Positions 39,475-51,084 of a stretch of DNA of 64,000 nt are shown one piece after another. This stretch comes from Caecitellus pseudoparvulus (taxonomy: Eukaryota; Protista; Bigyra: Bicosoecida): contig CBFFRQ010000062.1 of assembly GCA_965644315.1 (NCBI GenBank), forward strand, positions 1-64,000, given 5' to 3'. The notes below the pieces were generated by a model. That model was not told the DNA's origin. It saw only the letters and a list, made by a program, of their open reading frames with translations, and ran no database searches. Both the position numbers and the translations under genes were made by a program. The first letter of the stretch is position 1; the number at the start of each line of letters is the position of its first letter.

Positions 39475-42400
39475 ATGGCAGAAGCAGCAGTGTTCTTTCC
39501 AGATGTTGACAAGCACCTGAGGCTGGCGCTGGGGCAGCCTGTGGCCGTGCAGGTGCAGTTCCCAGTGTGCGTGCTGCGGCAGGATGGGGCAGGTGCAGCA
39601 CCTGGCGTTTCACACTCACTCCCCTTCCCTTTGCCAGATCTCTTGCTGATGGGGCAGCCTCCTACGAACTGTGGACCAACGCACCCGTCGCGTGTCGTGC
39701 TCCCGCCCTGCAGGAGGCTGTGCAGCAGCATGACGCACTGCGTGCCGGGGATGCCTCGCCCGCAGCTGATGCAGTCGTCCCGGAAGCAGAAGGCGACCAG
39801 TGGCACCCAATCGTGCTCATCTACCAAGGCAAGCATGCCGAGACGGGGCACCACGTCGCGTCACGGCTGTTCGTGCCCATCTCCCCCGGGGAGTACGAGT
39901 ACACGGCCCGCATCGTGCGTGTGGATGGGGAGGTGCAGTGGCTCTCTGGCTTTGGCCGAAACGCCCAGCTCACAGTGGCGCCTGGCCTGCCCAGCACGTC
40001 CCTGGGCATCACCGTGCCCCCCAGTGCCACGCCGACAACCCTACTGACCTTGCACCCCGTGGCACTGCATGTCATGAACGAGGTGCTGTTTGCGCTGCTC
40101 ACAGAGGACGCTGGCTTCGTGGGCGGCGCGGAGGCTCCTGACGCCATCGAGGCTGGCCTGGCCCTGTGGGGGGAGCTGGCAGGGCAGGAGGCGCCCGAGG
40201 GCGTGGACGAGTTCGCCCCCACGGCGCCAGCGTCCCAGGCCGGCACGCCCACGGCCTCGGGCATCGTCGCCTCCGCCACCATCGTCGCACTAGCAGCGGT
40301 GGTGCGTGTGCACTGCCTGGCCAGCCGGGCGCCATTCTGGGAGAACCCCACCCTCCTCAACGACGCCGTGTGCGTGGCACGGGTGCTGGCTGCCATCCCC
40401 CTGACACACGCGCCACGGTGGCAGGCCAAGGTGCTGCAGGTGTTCACGCACTGCCACGCGACGCACGCCGTCGCCGCTGTGCGGGACCTCCTCAGCCCCG
40501 TCGCCGTCACGGTCCTGCCCCACGTGCGAGCGCACTCCTCATGGCTCTCTGCGCCCGTCATGCAGGAGGGCGGCGCAGCGGGGGCCAGCAGGCACCTCGC
40601 CCACACCCACGCGCCCGCCCCACAGGCGGCCGCCTTCGGCACTGGCATGGGCCTGCGCTCCCACTTCTCAGGCTCAGACGGCAGCTCAGGCGGGCCCGTG
40701 AAGGGCCTGCGCGAGATGGACGCCGTGACGGATGATGGCGCCAGCTCCATCAGCAGCCTCGGCACCGACGACGGCTCCGCTGGCAGCGCCGAGGCGGGCC
40801 AGGGTCCCTCCTCCCGCCTGGCCGGCTTCATGGGCGCTGGCGCCGACACAGAGCAGAGCGGCGCCGTGTCAGCGCCCTCCTCGGGGCGCGGCATCCACAG
40901 GCCCAAGCGCCTGAAGCTGGCCCGTGCCGCCCGTGACCGCCTGCGCACGCCCGGCGAGCGCGCCCTCCTCCTCCTCGCACGCTGGGCCGCTGAGGGCTGT
41001 GTCGCCGCCCCGCGCAGTGTGCTGTCCGTGGCAGAGGAGGCCTTCTCTGCCTCCGTGCAGTGTGCGCCCAGCGGGGACTGCAGCGCTGACCTGATCCTGT
41101 ACGCGGTGCAGCGGCTGTTGATCGAGGGGCGTGGCAGCATGCCTCGGAAGGTGTACTTCATTCGTGTACTGCAGGAGTTCCTGGCCAAGCCGCACGTAGA
41201 AGCTGCCAAGCACACGGACCCTACCCCCGGCATGCCACCGCTGGGCGAGCCACCCTTGGAGGGCACCTCCCTGACCAGCTCCAAACCCCGCCGACGCACG
41301 CCCATCGCCAAGCTCGTCGTGGTGGCGGTGCAGGATGTTGTCCTGTCCTACGTTGCGGCGGCGTCCTCCCAGGCGGCAGCGCGGCAGCAGGCGGCCCACG
41401 TCGCGTCGGCCGAGGATGAGATGCTGCGGGACGTCGGCCAGCGGGGCCACGCCAGTGCCAGTGCGGGGGGGCAGTCCCGCACTAGCGCCGGCGCAGCTGT
41501 GCAGGCGGCTGGCTTGATGGGCAGCGGCATGACGCGCCACGCGCCTGGCCCTGCCAACGGCCCCAACCTGACGCCCTCCCTCATCCCCATCATGCAGTTC
41601 ATGGCCCAGGCGCTGGGGCGCTCCGCCATGCTCACGGGCGCCGCCATCCGAGGGGAGGTGGTGGGGGAGGCCGGCACCATGGCCCTCTCCTGCAAGGGCT
41701 GCGACGCCTGCGCACTGAACCCCTCTGCCTTCTCCCTGCCTGACGCCGAGGCGCGGGAGGAGGCGGCGGCCATGGGCACTCGTGTGGCTCGACAGGCTGC
41801 TGTGACCGGCAAGGTGCGCCTGCCCACGACAGGGGTGGTGGTGGACCCCTCCACCGTGCCCACGTCAGGTGATGGGCATGGCTATGACGCCGCGGCGGTG
41901 TCCACCCAGGAAGCTGCGCGGGCCGTCAGCATGCGTGCTGCCAATGCGGCGGCTGATGCACAGCAGGCCCCCGCGCCCGCCTCCCTGGCAGCGCTGGGGA
42001 AGGTGGAGGGCGGCATGCATGCGCTGCGGGAGCTTGCGCTGTGTCCTCGGTGGAACGCGACGCCTGGCGGCAAGCCCAGCGTGACCATGTGGCTGGAGGC
42101 CAGCAAGGCCCTCGCCATCGCAGCCGTCAAGCTGTCAGCCATGGACTCGGAGGCCAACGGCGGCCTGCGGGATGACAGCGAGTACGAGCACGTGCTGGAG
42201 GTGTGCCTCATCCTGGCCAAGTCCTGCCCGCTCCTCCGCGCCACCATCCTCAAACGCATCCTCCGCAAGTGGCCCAAGGGCTACGCCGACAACGAAGTCG
42301 CCCTCCTCCGCTTCCTCGGGCGAGTCCTGTCCGACGCCCACGCCCTGCAAGACCTCGTCATCACACGCCTGGCGGGGGACATGACCGGCCGCGTCGTGTC

Positions 42401-43094
42401 GTGCATGCAGAGCGCGCACGTGAAGGTGTTGAAGGCGGCGTTTGGCTTGGCGGCGCCGTCCTCGCGGCACTTCTTCGAGCTGGTGAAGGGGCAGCCGGGG
42501 GCGCTGGGGCGAATCATTGCTGGCCTGCAAGACACTGCCTCCAGCCACTGGTCACCAGCCGTGCGCAATGCCTGTGAAGACTTCGAAGCCTGGTACTGGG
42601 ACAAAATCGACCCGGCCCTTGTTCCAGCCGTGCGGGAAGCGGTGGAAGCCGTGCGAGCAGCCCATGGCAGCACCCGAGCCCTGCGGCACTTGATGGCAGG
42701 CGAGCCAGGTGTGGGCCAGCTGAGCCCACTGCAGGGCGTGCAAGCGCCAGCCCCGCCCTCAACCCAGCAGTCCAGACTGCACATTCAGCACCCACGTGCT
42801 GGCAGTCCCCTCCCTGGCGCTGTGGGGGTGCGGGGGGCGCCCGTCTCGCCTCACAGGGCTGGCAGCGAGGATAACCCCGAGGCTGTGGCGCTTGGAGCAG
42901 CCGTGCGAGCGTGGCGAGGCGAGGAAAGCGTGACCCCTACAGTGGCATGCGCCCCCAGTCCCATCCCTGCACGGCCCGACCAAGGAATTGTTGCTGTGCA
43001 CAGCAAGCGCCCGCGCCAGCTTGGTAGGCAAGCTGGCGCGCCAGGCGGCACAGGCTCGCCTGGCCCGGAAGCCGGCAGCAAGCTGGATTGGTAG
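39475..43094 (+). CDS. Paralog A: N-terminal beta-rich domain plus divergent PP2A B56 (B')-like helical C-terminal region
   Basis: Exon 39475-39566, GTGCGT...CAG intron, exon 39638-43094. ILRKWPKGYADNEVALL..L..VL...SCMQSAHVKVLKAA...SHWSPAVR matches the B56 pattern LLKYWP....KEVMFL..L..IL...C.SS.HFQVAERA...HWN. Confidence 0.7.
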
Positions 43095-43806
43095 AGCCCC
43101 GGAAGCGGTCGATGCTTCTGGAATGCATGTTTGTTATCTTTGCCTCCACCCGACCAATGGCTTGAAGGTGAAGCCCCCCTGAGTGCCAGTTTGATGCACC
43201 CGAGCGGCGCGCAGATGCAACAGCTCGATGCAGCGGCTGGACGGCCGCCTGAAGGCTACTGAACCTCAACCATCACAAGGAAAGTGAGCTTACATTGGGC
43301 TGCGAGCCATAATTCCCTGCTCACCTTCCTTGAACCCCGCGAAAAGGCCCTGCAACGCTGTGGAGCCGTTCTGGCGGCAGTCGGGATGGAACGTTCTGGA
43401 ACGGCTCCATGCTGATGCACAGCCCCCATCAGAAAAGGAAAAAAAGAAGGATGCTCACCTTCCATCCGATGCTGCGTGCAGCAGTGCGGTGTGCGCGCGC
43501 AGTGCGCAGTGCGCACGCACTGCGTCTGCTCCTTGAGGGACATGAAACATGCCGACCCGGGCAGCTCGCAGGCGCTTTCCGCGGCCGAGAGCGAGGCGCG
43601 GCGCGCTGCCCCCGCCAAATCAGACCCCACCGCCTGACACACGGCAGCCACCCCCCCTGCACCTCATGTACATCAAGGCATGAGGTTGGTCTTCCTGCTG
43701 CCACCCATGAGCCGCGCGCAGAGGCACAGGTTTACTCACCTGCCTCCGAGCAGAAGCGAATTGCCGACCCTGCACCATCCAGCCGCACAGTCGCGCAGGT
43801 GACGGG

Positions 43807-46800
43807 ATGCAGGAAGCACAGCTGACGCCAGCGGCAGGCGACACGCTGCGTGCCTTCCTTGGGCAGCCCATCGCCGTGCAGCTGCGCGTGCCTCTGCACC
43901 TGTGCGTGGGGGAGCAGCCACTGTCAGCTGCTCCACGTGCAAGCTGTCCGGCACTTCACTTGAGTTGCCAACGAGTCACAGCGCCGCCTCCCCTGCCTCG
44001 CACAGGGCTGCTGAAGCGCAGGCTTTCGAGCTGTGGACCAACATTCCTGTGTTCGTACCGGACACGGAGCTTCAGGAAGCGGCAGATAGCTGCAGCCCAC
44101 CTGACGCGTGCACTGCAGCAGAGCGCTGCACTTCCTTTGCCCCCCCCGCGCCGGCATCTCCCGCTCCCGGGGACCTGGAATGGCACGCACACATGCTTGT
44201 GCACCAGGGACGAGAGGAGGACTACGTTCGTGTTGCCCGCGTGCTGGTTCCACTGCAGGAGGGCAGGTTCTCTGCGACAGCCCGGGTGCTACAGCCGGGC
44301 GGGCAGGTGAAGTGGTTGGGCGCCTTCGGGCAAAACCTTGAGGTGGAGGTTCGCGCCGGCGCGCCTGCTCCCGCCGGCGACCAACGCACGCTGTTGGCCC
44401 TGGACCGCATTACTCTGCACACCCTCAACGAAGTCTTCCTGGCCCTGCAGACTGAAGGCGCCGCGTTCATTGCACCGTCTGCCCCCGCTCAAGCTGCACT
44501 GCACGCGTGGGAACGGCACATGCGCATGCCCGCAGCCAAGGACGAAGACCAAGAGCCCATCCCCGAGGGGTGGGACGCCGTCCCTTCCAGCGTCATCTGC
44601 ACCGTCGGGCTGGTTGCCCTAGCTGCCGTGCTGCGGGTGCACTGCCTGGCCAGCCGCGTTCCTTTTTGGCAGCTGCCGTCCCTCCTCAACGACGCCGTGT
44701 GCGTGGCACGGGTGCTGGCTGCCATCCCCCTGACACACGCGCCACGGTGGCAGGCCAAGGTGCTGCAGGCGGCAACGGGCTGTGATCGGGCCGCCGCCAT
44801 GGCTGCTCTGAATTGCAACCTCGCCGCCGTGCGCGCGCAGGTGCTGCCAGTGCTGCACAGCCACGAGGACCCAGACTTGTGGGGTGGCTGTGTCTTTGAG
44901 TCCCAGGGCGGCAGTGGGACAGGTGCGAGCAGCAGCGGCAGCTCGCGCCGTGGGTGTGGCATTGTCTCTGCGGGGGAAGGCGCGAGCTCTGCGCACGGCA
45001 GCAGCAGCGGCAGCCCCCACCTGGCGGGCTCACAGGGTGACGCACCGCACGCTCAGTACACGGACGGGTACTTGGGTTTCCTGGATGCAGTCACAGTAGC
45101 TGGTGCGAGTTCTGTCAGCAGCCGTGGCAGTGTGGGGTGGGTGGAGGACGCTGGCGGGACAGGGGTGTTGCGAGAAGGTGGCCAGGACACCACTGCCGCA
45201 TCACGCCAAGACATGGAAGGTGCCATGGAAGCTCCCCCCCGCCAAAGCAGGTTGAAGCTGGCCCGTGCCGCCCGTGACCGCCTGCGCACGCCCGGTGAGC
45301 GCGCCCTCCTCCTCCTCGCACGCTGGGCCGCTGAGGGCTGTGTCGCCGCCCCGCGCAGTGTGCTGTCCGTGGCAGAGGAGGCCTTCTCTGCCTCCGTGCA
45401 GTGTGCGCCCAGCGGGGACTGCAGCGCTGACCTGATCCTGTACGCAGTGCAGCGGCTGCTGATCGAGGGGCGTGGCAGCATGCCTCGGAAGGTGTACTTC
45501 ATTCGTGTGCTGCAGGAGTTCCTGGCCAAGCCGCACGTGGAGGCTGCTGAGTCTGGCCCGGGCGCCGGCAGTGCCACGACAGGCATTCTAAGCTCCACCC
45601 CGCCACAGCGCAAGCGGCCCATAGCAAAGTTGGTCGTGGTCGCCGTGCAAGACACCATCCTGTCCTATGTCGCCTCTGTGACAGCTGACGCTGCTTCGCC
45701 GACAGGGGGCGCCGAGTGGCCGACAGGGCTTGGCAAAGACCGCCCAGCGAGAGGGGGCGGGGCCAGTGCCGTGCACAGGCAAGGCATGCTGGGCAGTGGG
45801 CTGACACGCCACGCGCCTGGCCCTGCAAACGGCCCCAACCTGACGCCCTCCCTCATCCCCATCATGCAGTTCCTGGCCCAAGCGCTGGGGCGCTCCTCCA
45901 TGCTGAGTGGCACGGTTCCCACCTCCCCAACGACCGGCACGGCAAGTGTGGAGCAGGGAGCGCCTCAGCCGACCAAGCTCTCGTGTGCTGGGTGTGACGC
46001 CTGTGCACTGAGCCCGTCAGCGTTCACCCCGCCAAACGCCAAGGCTCCGCTGGTGCGCGCGCCTGGCACAGGCAAACCTGTACCCCACTCGACTGCCCTG
46101 GCGCATCACTCGGCACCCATCGGCTTCTCGGCCAGCATCCCCAGCGTGCCTCCGTCTGCCCGCCGCCCAGTGCAGGATGTTGAAGGGCTGTCGGCGTGCT
46201 CACAGGCCGCCCAGGGCGATGCCAGCAGTGTCACGCTGTGGCTGGAGGCCAGCAAGGCCCTCGCCATCGCAGCCGTCAAGCTGTCAGCCATGGACTCAGC
46301 ATCTGCAGGTGGAGGGCGCGAGGATGACGAGTACGACAATGTCCTCACTGTCGCGTTGCTCATGTCCAAGGCCTGCCCGCTCCTCCGCGCCACCATCCTC
46401 AAACGCATCCTCCGCAAGTGGCCCAAGGGCTACGCCGACAACGAAGTCGCCCTCCTCCGCTTCCTCGGGCGAGTCCTGTCCGACGCCCACGCCCTGCAAG
46501 ACCTCGTCATCACACGCCTGGCGGGGGACATGACCGGCCGTGTCGTGTCGTGCATGCAGAGCGCGCATGTGAAGGTGTTGAAGGCGGCGTTTGGCTTGGC
46601 GGCGCCGTCCTCGCGGCACTTCTTCGAGCTGGTGAAGGGGCAGCCGGGGGCGCTGGGGCGTGTCCTGCACTCCATGCAAGCCAACTGCACGCACTGGTCA
46701 CCTCCTGTTGCCAGCGCGTCTCGCGAGATGCTGTCTTGGTACTTGCGAGCCCTGAACGCCGACGGCACTGGGCGGGCTGCCCTTGCTGCCGCGTGTACTG

Positions 46801-47171
46801 CAGCGGGTGTGGAGTCCTTCAAGGCACCTGCAGCAGCCACCTTGCCTGATGTCGCCCGGAGCACTTCCTTCAGCCCTGCAGGTGGCGCTGACAGCCCACG
46901 GTGTGGCACACCTCCCCCTGGGCGGCCTGTGGCACGAGCCGCCTTCCCGCGCCCACACCAGCCGCATTCCCCCGCAGCTGCGCCACCTGCAGCTGGTGTC
47001 GTGACCATCAGGCGGCGAGGGCACCCCGTCAAACCACACAGCCAAAGCACACAGCAAGTGCACGCGTCCAGCGCACTGCCTCCCATCGTCACAGGCAAGC
47101 AGTCCAGCGACCCCCCTCGGGCCTCCTCCCCCAGCTCAGTGTGCTCCGCGGGTCGCGGGGGTGACTGCTGA
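43807..47171 (+). CDS. Paralog B: tandem duplicate of 39475-43094
   Basis: Exon 43807-43901, intron at the equivalent position, exon 44006-47171. Same motifs (ELWTN, RLKLARAARDRLR, SCxGCDAC, ILRKWPKGY). Confidence 0.7.
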
Positions 47172-47246
47172 AGGCGCACCCGCCAGGGCACGCCCCCAAT
47201 GCATGTCAGCCACGTCCACAACACTGCATTCAAGGGGGGGCGCGGC

Positions 47247-50200
47247 TCACCAGGAGGAGTCTGACGCAATGCCTTCGGTGGGGGCGACCCCCCCCCTTCC
47301 ACGGCGACCCATGGGCCGTGGCAGACTCTCCGCACCGTGCAGCACACCTGGCGTCTTCGGCAGCCGGCTGGCGACGCGATTGGGGGCCAGGCGCTGGCTG
47401 GGCGAGGCCTGCGGCTCCCGCTCCAGCGCACCGGGCGACTGCATGCTGTCAGCCCAGTGCGTGGCAGCGCCGCCACCCGCCCGCCGAGGGGGGGAGGAGG
47501 GCGTGTGCACAGCAGCTGGGGCTCGGCGCAGGGACGACGAGGCGCGAGGGGGCGTCGTCACTCGTCTGCTGGCTCGTGCAGGGGACTGCGGGCGGGACCT
47601 GCTGCGTGAGGGACTCGCGTACTGCGCCGCCACGTGGGAAAACGTCTCCAGGGCGGATCGGGGGGGGATGGCGCTGCGGGCGCGGCCACGGCCAGCCCCG
47701 CCGCGGGCCTGCGCGCCACGCTGCCCCTCCTCGTCGGACGAATCGTCGCTGTCCAGCAAGGCTGCTGCCCGGCGGCCAATGGAGGAGGCCAGGCGCCCCC
47801 CGCTCGGCCTGCCACGTGGTGGGCTCAGCGTGTCCACCGTGCGCTCCAGGCGCTGCACACGGGCAGCCAGGCGCCCTGCCCGGCGCTCAGCCTCCTGCCG
47901 CCCCTTGGCCTCCTCGGCAGCCTGCTGCATGGCTGAGCGCCGGTCAGCGTCAGCGCGCCGGGCTTGCATGCGGGCAGCTCCCGCGCCCTCTCCGCTGCGC
48001 AGGCGTGCCCGCAGCGTGGCACTTTCTTTCTCCAGGGCCTTCACTTCGGCTGCCAGCGCAGCCACGCGCCGCTTGTTGTCCATGGCCTCCGCTGATGCCA
48101 TGCGCTGCTTCAGCGCTGCTGACTGGGACTTGTACTCTGCCAGCTCCTCTCGCAGGCTGGCTTCCCGTGCAGCAGCACGCGCCACGACGCCCTTGGCGGC
48201 TTCTGCCGTGCGTGCCTCTTCCTCAGCACTGCGCAGGGAGCGCTGCAGGCGCTCAGTGCGCCGGGCCTCGCTGCGCAGCAAGCCCTGCGCGTTGGCCAGC
48301 TCTTCCTTCAGGGCGCGGTTGCGGGCCTCCAGACTCGCGACTCGGGATCGCAGGTCGCTCTCTCGCGCCGCAAGGTCCATCTCACGTGCCGCCATCTCGC
48401 CCCCTGCCCGCCGCGCGTCGGCAGCCGCCTCCTCCGCCGCATCTCGACTGGACGTCGCAGCCAGCAGGGCAGAGCGCGCATTGGACAGGTCCTGCGTCAA
48501 CGCCTGCACCTGGCTCTGGGCGCTGTGCAGCTGTTCGGAGAGGCTGTCAACCTCCTCCTCCAGTCGGTGCACGACAGACTGCTTGGCCGCCGCCACACGC
48601 TGGGCCTTCTCGGCGGCCGCCTCTGCCGCCGCAGCACGTGTGTCAGCTGCCTTGCTGTCGCCATCTGCCGCCGCGGCGTCCTCCTGGGCAGTGGCCAAGT
48701 CCGCCCGCAGGCGGCGTGCCTCAGCCCGGCTGCCGTCAGCCTCCTCCCGTACAGTTGCCAGGCGTTGCTGGGTGGCGGCCAGGGTGCTGGCCTGGGCCTC
48801 CAGCTCCGCCTCGGCACGCTGGGCGCGCTGGCGCTCAGTGTCCACCTGCCCCGCCAGGCGGGACGCATCCACCCGCAAGACATCCCGCTCACCCCGCGCC
48901 TCTGCCAGTGCCTCGTGCAGGCGGGCCACCTCCCCTTGCAGGGTGTCCACGCGCGCCTCTGCACTCTCGGCACGCTCAGCCAGCGCCTGTGCTTCAGAGG
49001 TCGCCCCCGCTGCCGCCCGCTCTGCCTCGCGCCGGGCGCTGGCCAGGTCGGCCCTGAGGGCGCCGATGTCCCCCTTGGCGTCGGCCAGGTCGCTGCGCAG
49101 GGCGTCAGCGCGCTCCTCTGCCTCGTCACGTGCGGTGGTGGCGCGCTGCTGCGCCCGTGTGGCGGACTGCAGCTGGCTGGTCAGTGTCGCCACCTGCGCG
49201 TTCAGGTCGGCGTTGGTGCGGTCGCTGGCAGCGATGCGGCCTTGCAGCTCCGCCACCACGTCCTCGCTGTCCTCCGCTGCGCGCTGCAGTGCATCCACCT
49301 GCCCCCGCAGCTCCGTCACCTCCGCCGTCAGGGCATCCACGCGGGCATTGCGCCCCTGGATCTCCGTCACGAGGGCCTGGTTGGCGGCACCCCGGTCACG
49401 AGCGGCGCTGGTGGCGGTGTCCACCTCCTCCTTCAGCGCCGCTTCACGAGCAGCTGCCGCTGACAGGCTCGCCTCCGCAGCCTCCAGCTGCCCCTGCACC
49501 TCTGCCATCTCAGCACGCACAGCTCGGAGCTGGGCCGCATGCCGGTCAGCCAGCTCCTCCTCTTGCTGGGCCAGTGCCCTGCGCTGTGCCCTGGCGGCGC
49601 TGTCAGCCTTCTCCTCCGCCTCCGTCTGCGCTTGCTCCGCCGCCGCCTCCTGGTCATCCAGCGCGGCAGTCAGCTGTGCCGTCAGGCGCTCCATCTGCGC
49701 ATGGGCGGCGTCGTACTTCTTCTGCAGCTTGGCCACGGCGCCCTGCAAGTCGGAAATGGTGTCGTCTGCCGCTGCTGCCACTGCCTTGGCCTCGTCCAGC
49801 TGCCCCACCAGGTCCTGTCGCTCCGCCGCCAGGTTCGACAGCGCCCCCTGCGCCGCTGACACGCGGGACTGCGCCACGGCCAGCTCCCCCCGCAGGCGCG
49901 CCATCTCCAGGGCCTCAGAGGCAGCTGCAGTGCTGGTGGAGGTGTGGAAGCGGTGGCTGGCGGGGGACCTGGCACGCGCCAGGCTGTCAGACTGCGGACT
50001 CCCCGCGCCCTGAGCAGCCTTGCTGCTGCTGCCGCTGCTGCTGCTCTCCGGCACCTTGGCGAGAGCTTCGGCCACGACGTCACGGCGGCGATGCCGACCA
50101 CCCCCCGTGATGGCCTCAGCAACGGTGGCAGAGGAGGCGTAGTCGCCGTCATGTGCCCGGGCACGCCGAGGGCGAGCAGCGCCCCCTGACGCCGGCACAT

Positions 50201-50948
50201 CCCCCTCCTCGCCAGGGAAATGGACTGCTGGCCTGGAACGCAGTGGGGCTTCACCACCTGCGGGGGAACCCGCGGCAGCTGCCTCTCGGGCTGCACGCAC
50301 TTGGTACTCGATGCTCGCTCGGTCGGGGGCAGACCAATTTCCGCCCCGCGCCCCGCCGACACGTGCACCACCCTCGCCACGGCGCACGGGGGAGTACTGC
50401 GCATCCCCTGCGCCTCGACCACGGGAACTACTCCGACCCACGGCTTGCCGTGCCCTGTACCGTGCCACGCTGCTCTCAGCCTCGCGGGAAGTCGAGTGGT
50501 CCGGTTCTTGCAGCGTCGCGCTGCGACCGTGCCGACGGGAACTTGACGTTGTGGCTTGCGCCTGCTGCCCCAACTCCCGCTGCAGTGCCCGCACATGGCG
50601 CAGAGTGTCTGCAATCTTCGACCGAAAGGTGGCATTCCCGGACGCCATGCCGCTCTTCATGTCCTCCAGCGCAGCCTCGGAAGTGCGCAGCACCCGCAGT
50701 GCCTCGCGCTGGCGCCTGCCCGACGCCACGAAGCTGTCCCGCATGCTGCGCTCCATGACGCCGTGCACGGCGCTCTCGATGCCACGCAGGACCTCCCCCA
50801 TGGCCACTTCGTTCCCCTCCACCGTCGTGATGCTGTCGCCGTCGTAGCCGCCGTCGCTGCCGCCGCCGCCTTCCGAGTCATCGCCCGGCGTGGGCTGGGG
50901 CACATCGCCCTCGGAGCGGGCCTCTGCCGTGGCCAGCTCTTCGTCCAT
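47247..50948 (-). CDS. Long coiled-coil protein (cytoskeletal/centrosomal-like), function unknown
   Basis: Several hundred residues of Ala/Glu/Arg/Leu heptad pattern flanked by Ser/Pro/Arg low-complexity ends; ATG at 50948 (MDEELATAEARS). Confidence 0.8.
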   Translation of the reverse strand: MDEELATAEARSEGDVPQPTPGDDSEGGGGSDGGYDGDSITTVEGNEVAMGEVLRGIESAVHGVMERSMRDSFVASGRRQREALRVLRTSEAALEDMKSGMASGNATFRSKIADTLRHVRALQRELGQQAQATTSSSRRHGRSATLQEPDHSTSREAESSVARYRARQAVGRSSSRGRGAGDAQYSPVRRGEGGARVGGARGGNWSAPDRASIEYQVRAAREAAAAGSPAGGEAPLRSRPAVHFPGEEGDVPASGGAARPRRARAHDGDYASSATVAEAITGGGRHRRRDVVAEALAKVPESSSSGSSSKAAQGAGSPQSDSLARARSPASHRFHTSTSTAAASEALEMARLRGELAVAQSRVSAAQGALSNLAAERQDLVGQLDEAKAVAAAADDTISDLQGAVAKLQKKYDAAHAQMERLTAQLTAALDDQEAAAEQAQTEAEEKADSAARAQRRALAQQEEELADRHAAQLRAVRAEMAEVQGQLEAAEASLSAAAAREAALKEEVDTATSAARDRGAANQALVTEIQGRNARVDALTAEVTELRGQVDALQRAAEDSEDVVAELQGRIAASDRTNADLNAQVATLTSQLQSATRAQQRATTARDEAEERADALRSDLADAKGDIGALRADLASARREAERAAAGATSEAQALAERAESAEARVDTLQGEVARLHEALAEARGERDVLRVDASRLAGQVDTERQRAQRAEAELEAQASTLAATQQRLATVREEADGSRAEARRLRADLATAQEDAAAADGDSKAADTRAAAAEAAAEKAQRVAAAKQSVVHRLEEEVDSLSEQLHSAQSQVQALTQDLSNARSALLAATSSRDAAEEAAADARRAGGEMAAREMDLAARESDLRSRVASLEARNRALKEELANAQGLLRSEARRTERLQRSLRSAEEEARTAEAAKGVVARAAAREASLREELAEYKSQSAALKQRMASAEAMDNKRRVAALAAEVKALEKESATLRARLRSGEGAGAARMQARRADADRRSAMQQAAEEAKGRQEAERRAGRLAARVQRLERTVDTLSPPRGRPSGGRLASSIGRRAAALLDSDDSSDEEGQRGAQARGGAGRGRARSAIPPRSALETFSHVAAQYASPSRSRSRPQSPARASRRVTTPPRASSSLRRAPAAVHTPSSPPRRAGGGAATHWADSMQSPGALEREPQASPSQRLAPNRVASRLPKTPGVLHGAESLPRPMGRRGRGGVAPTEGIASDSSW

Positions 50949-51084
50949 CGCGTGCGTTGGGGGACAGGCACACTCTGTCTGCGTGCCAGGGCACAGCTGC
51001 CGTGCGCTGCGGGGGGCATGCGGGTGGTGCAAGATTGACAACTGTGCCACACTGAGCGCGGGCGCCAGAGCTTCACGGCCGGGT

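Noticed and set aside
47161-50013. Long antisense ORFs (also 15448-17070, 24165-25865, 54536-56734, 7572-8528)
   Set aside because: Shadow ORFs expected opposite GC-rich coding sequence; Ala/Ser/Arg-rich with no motifs.
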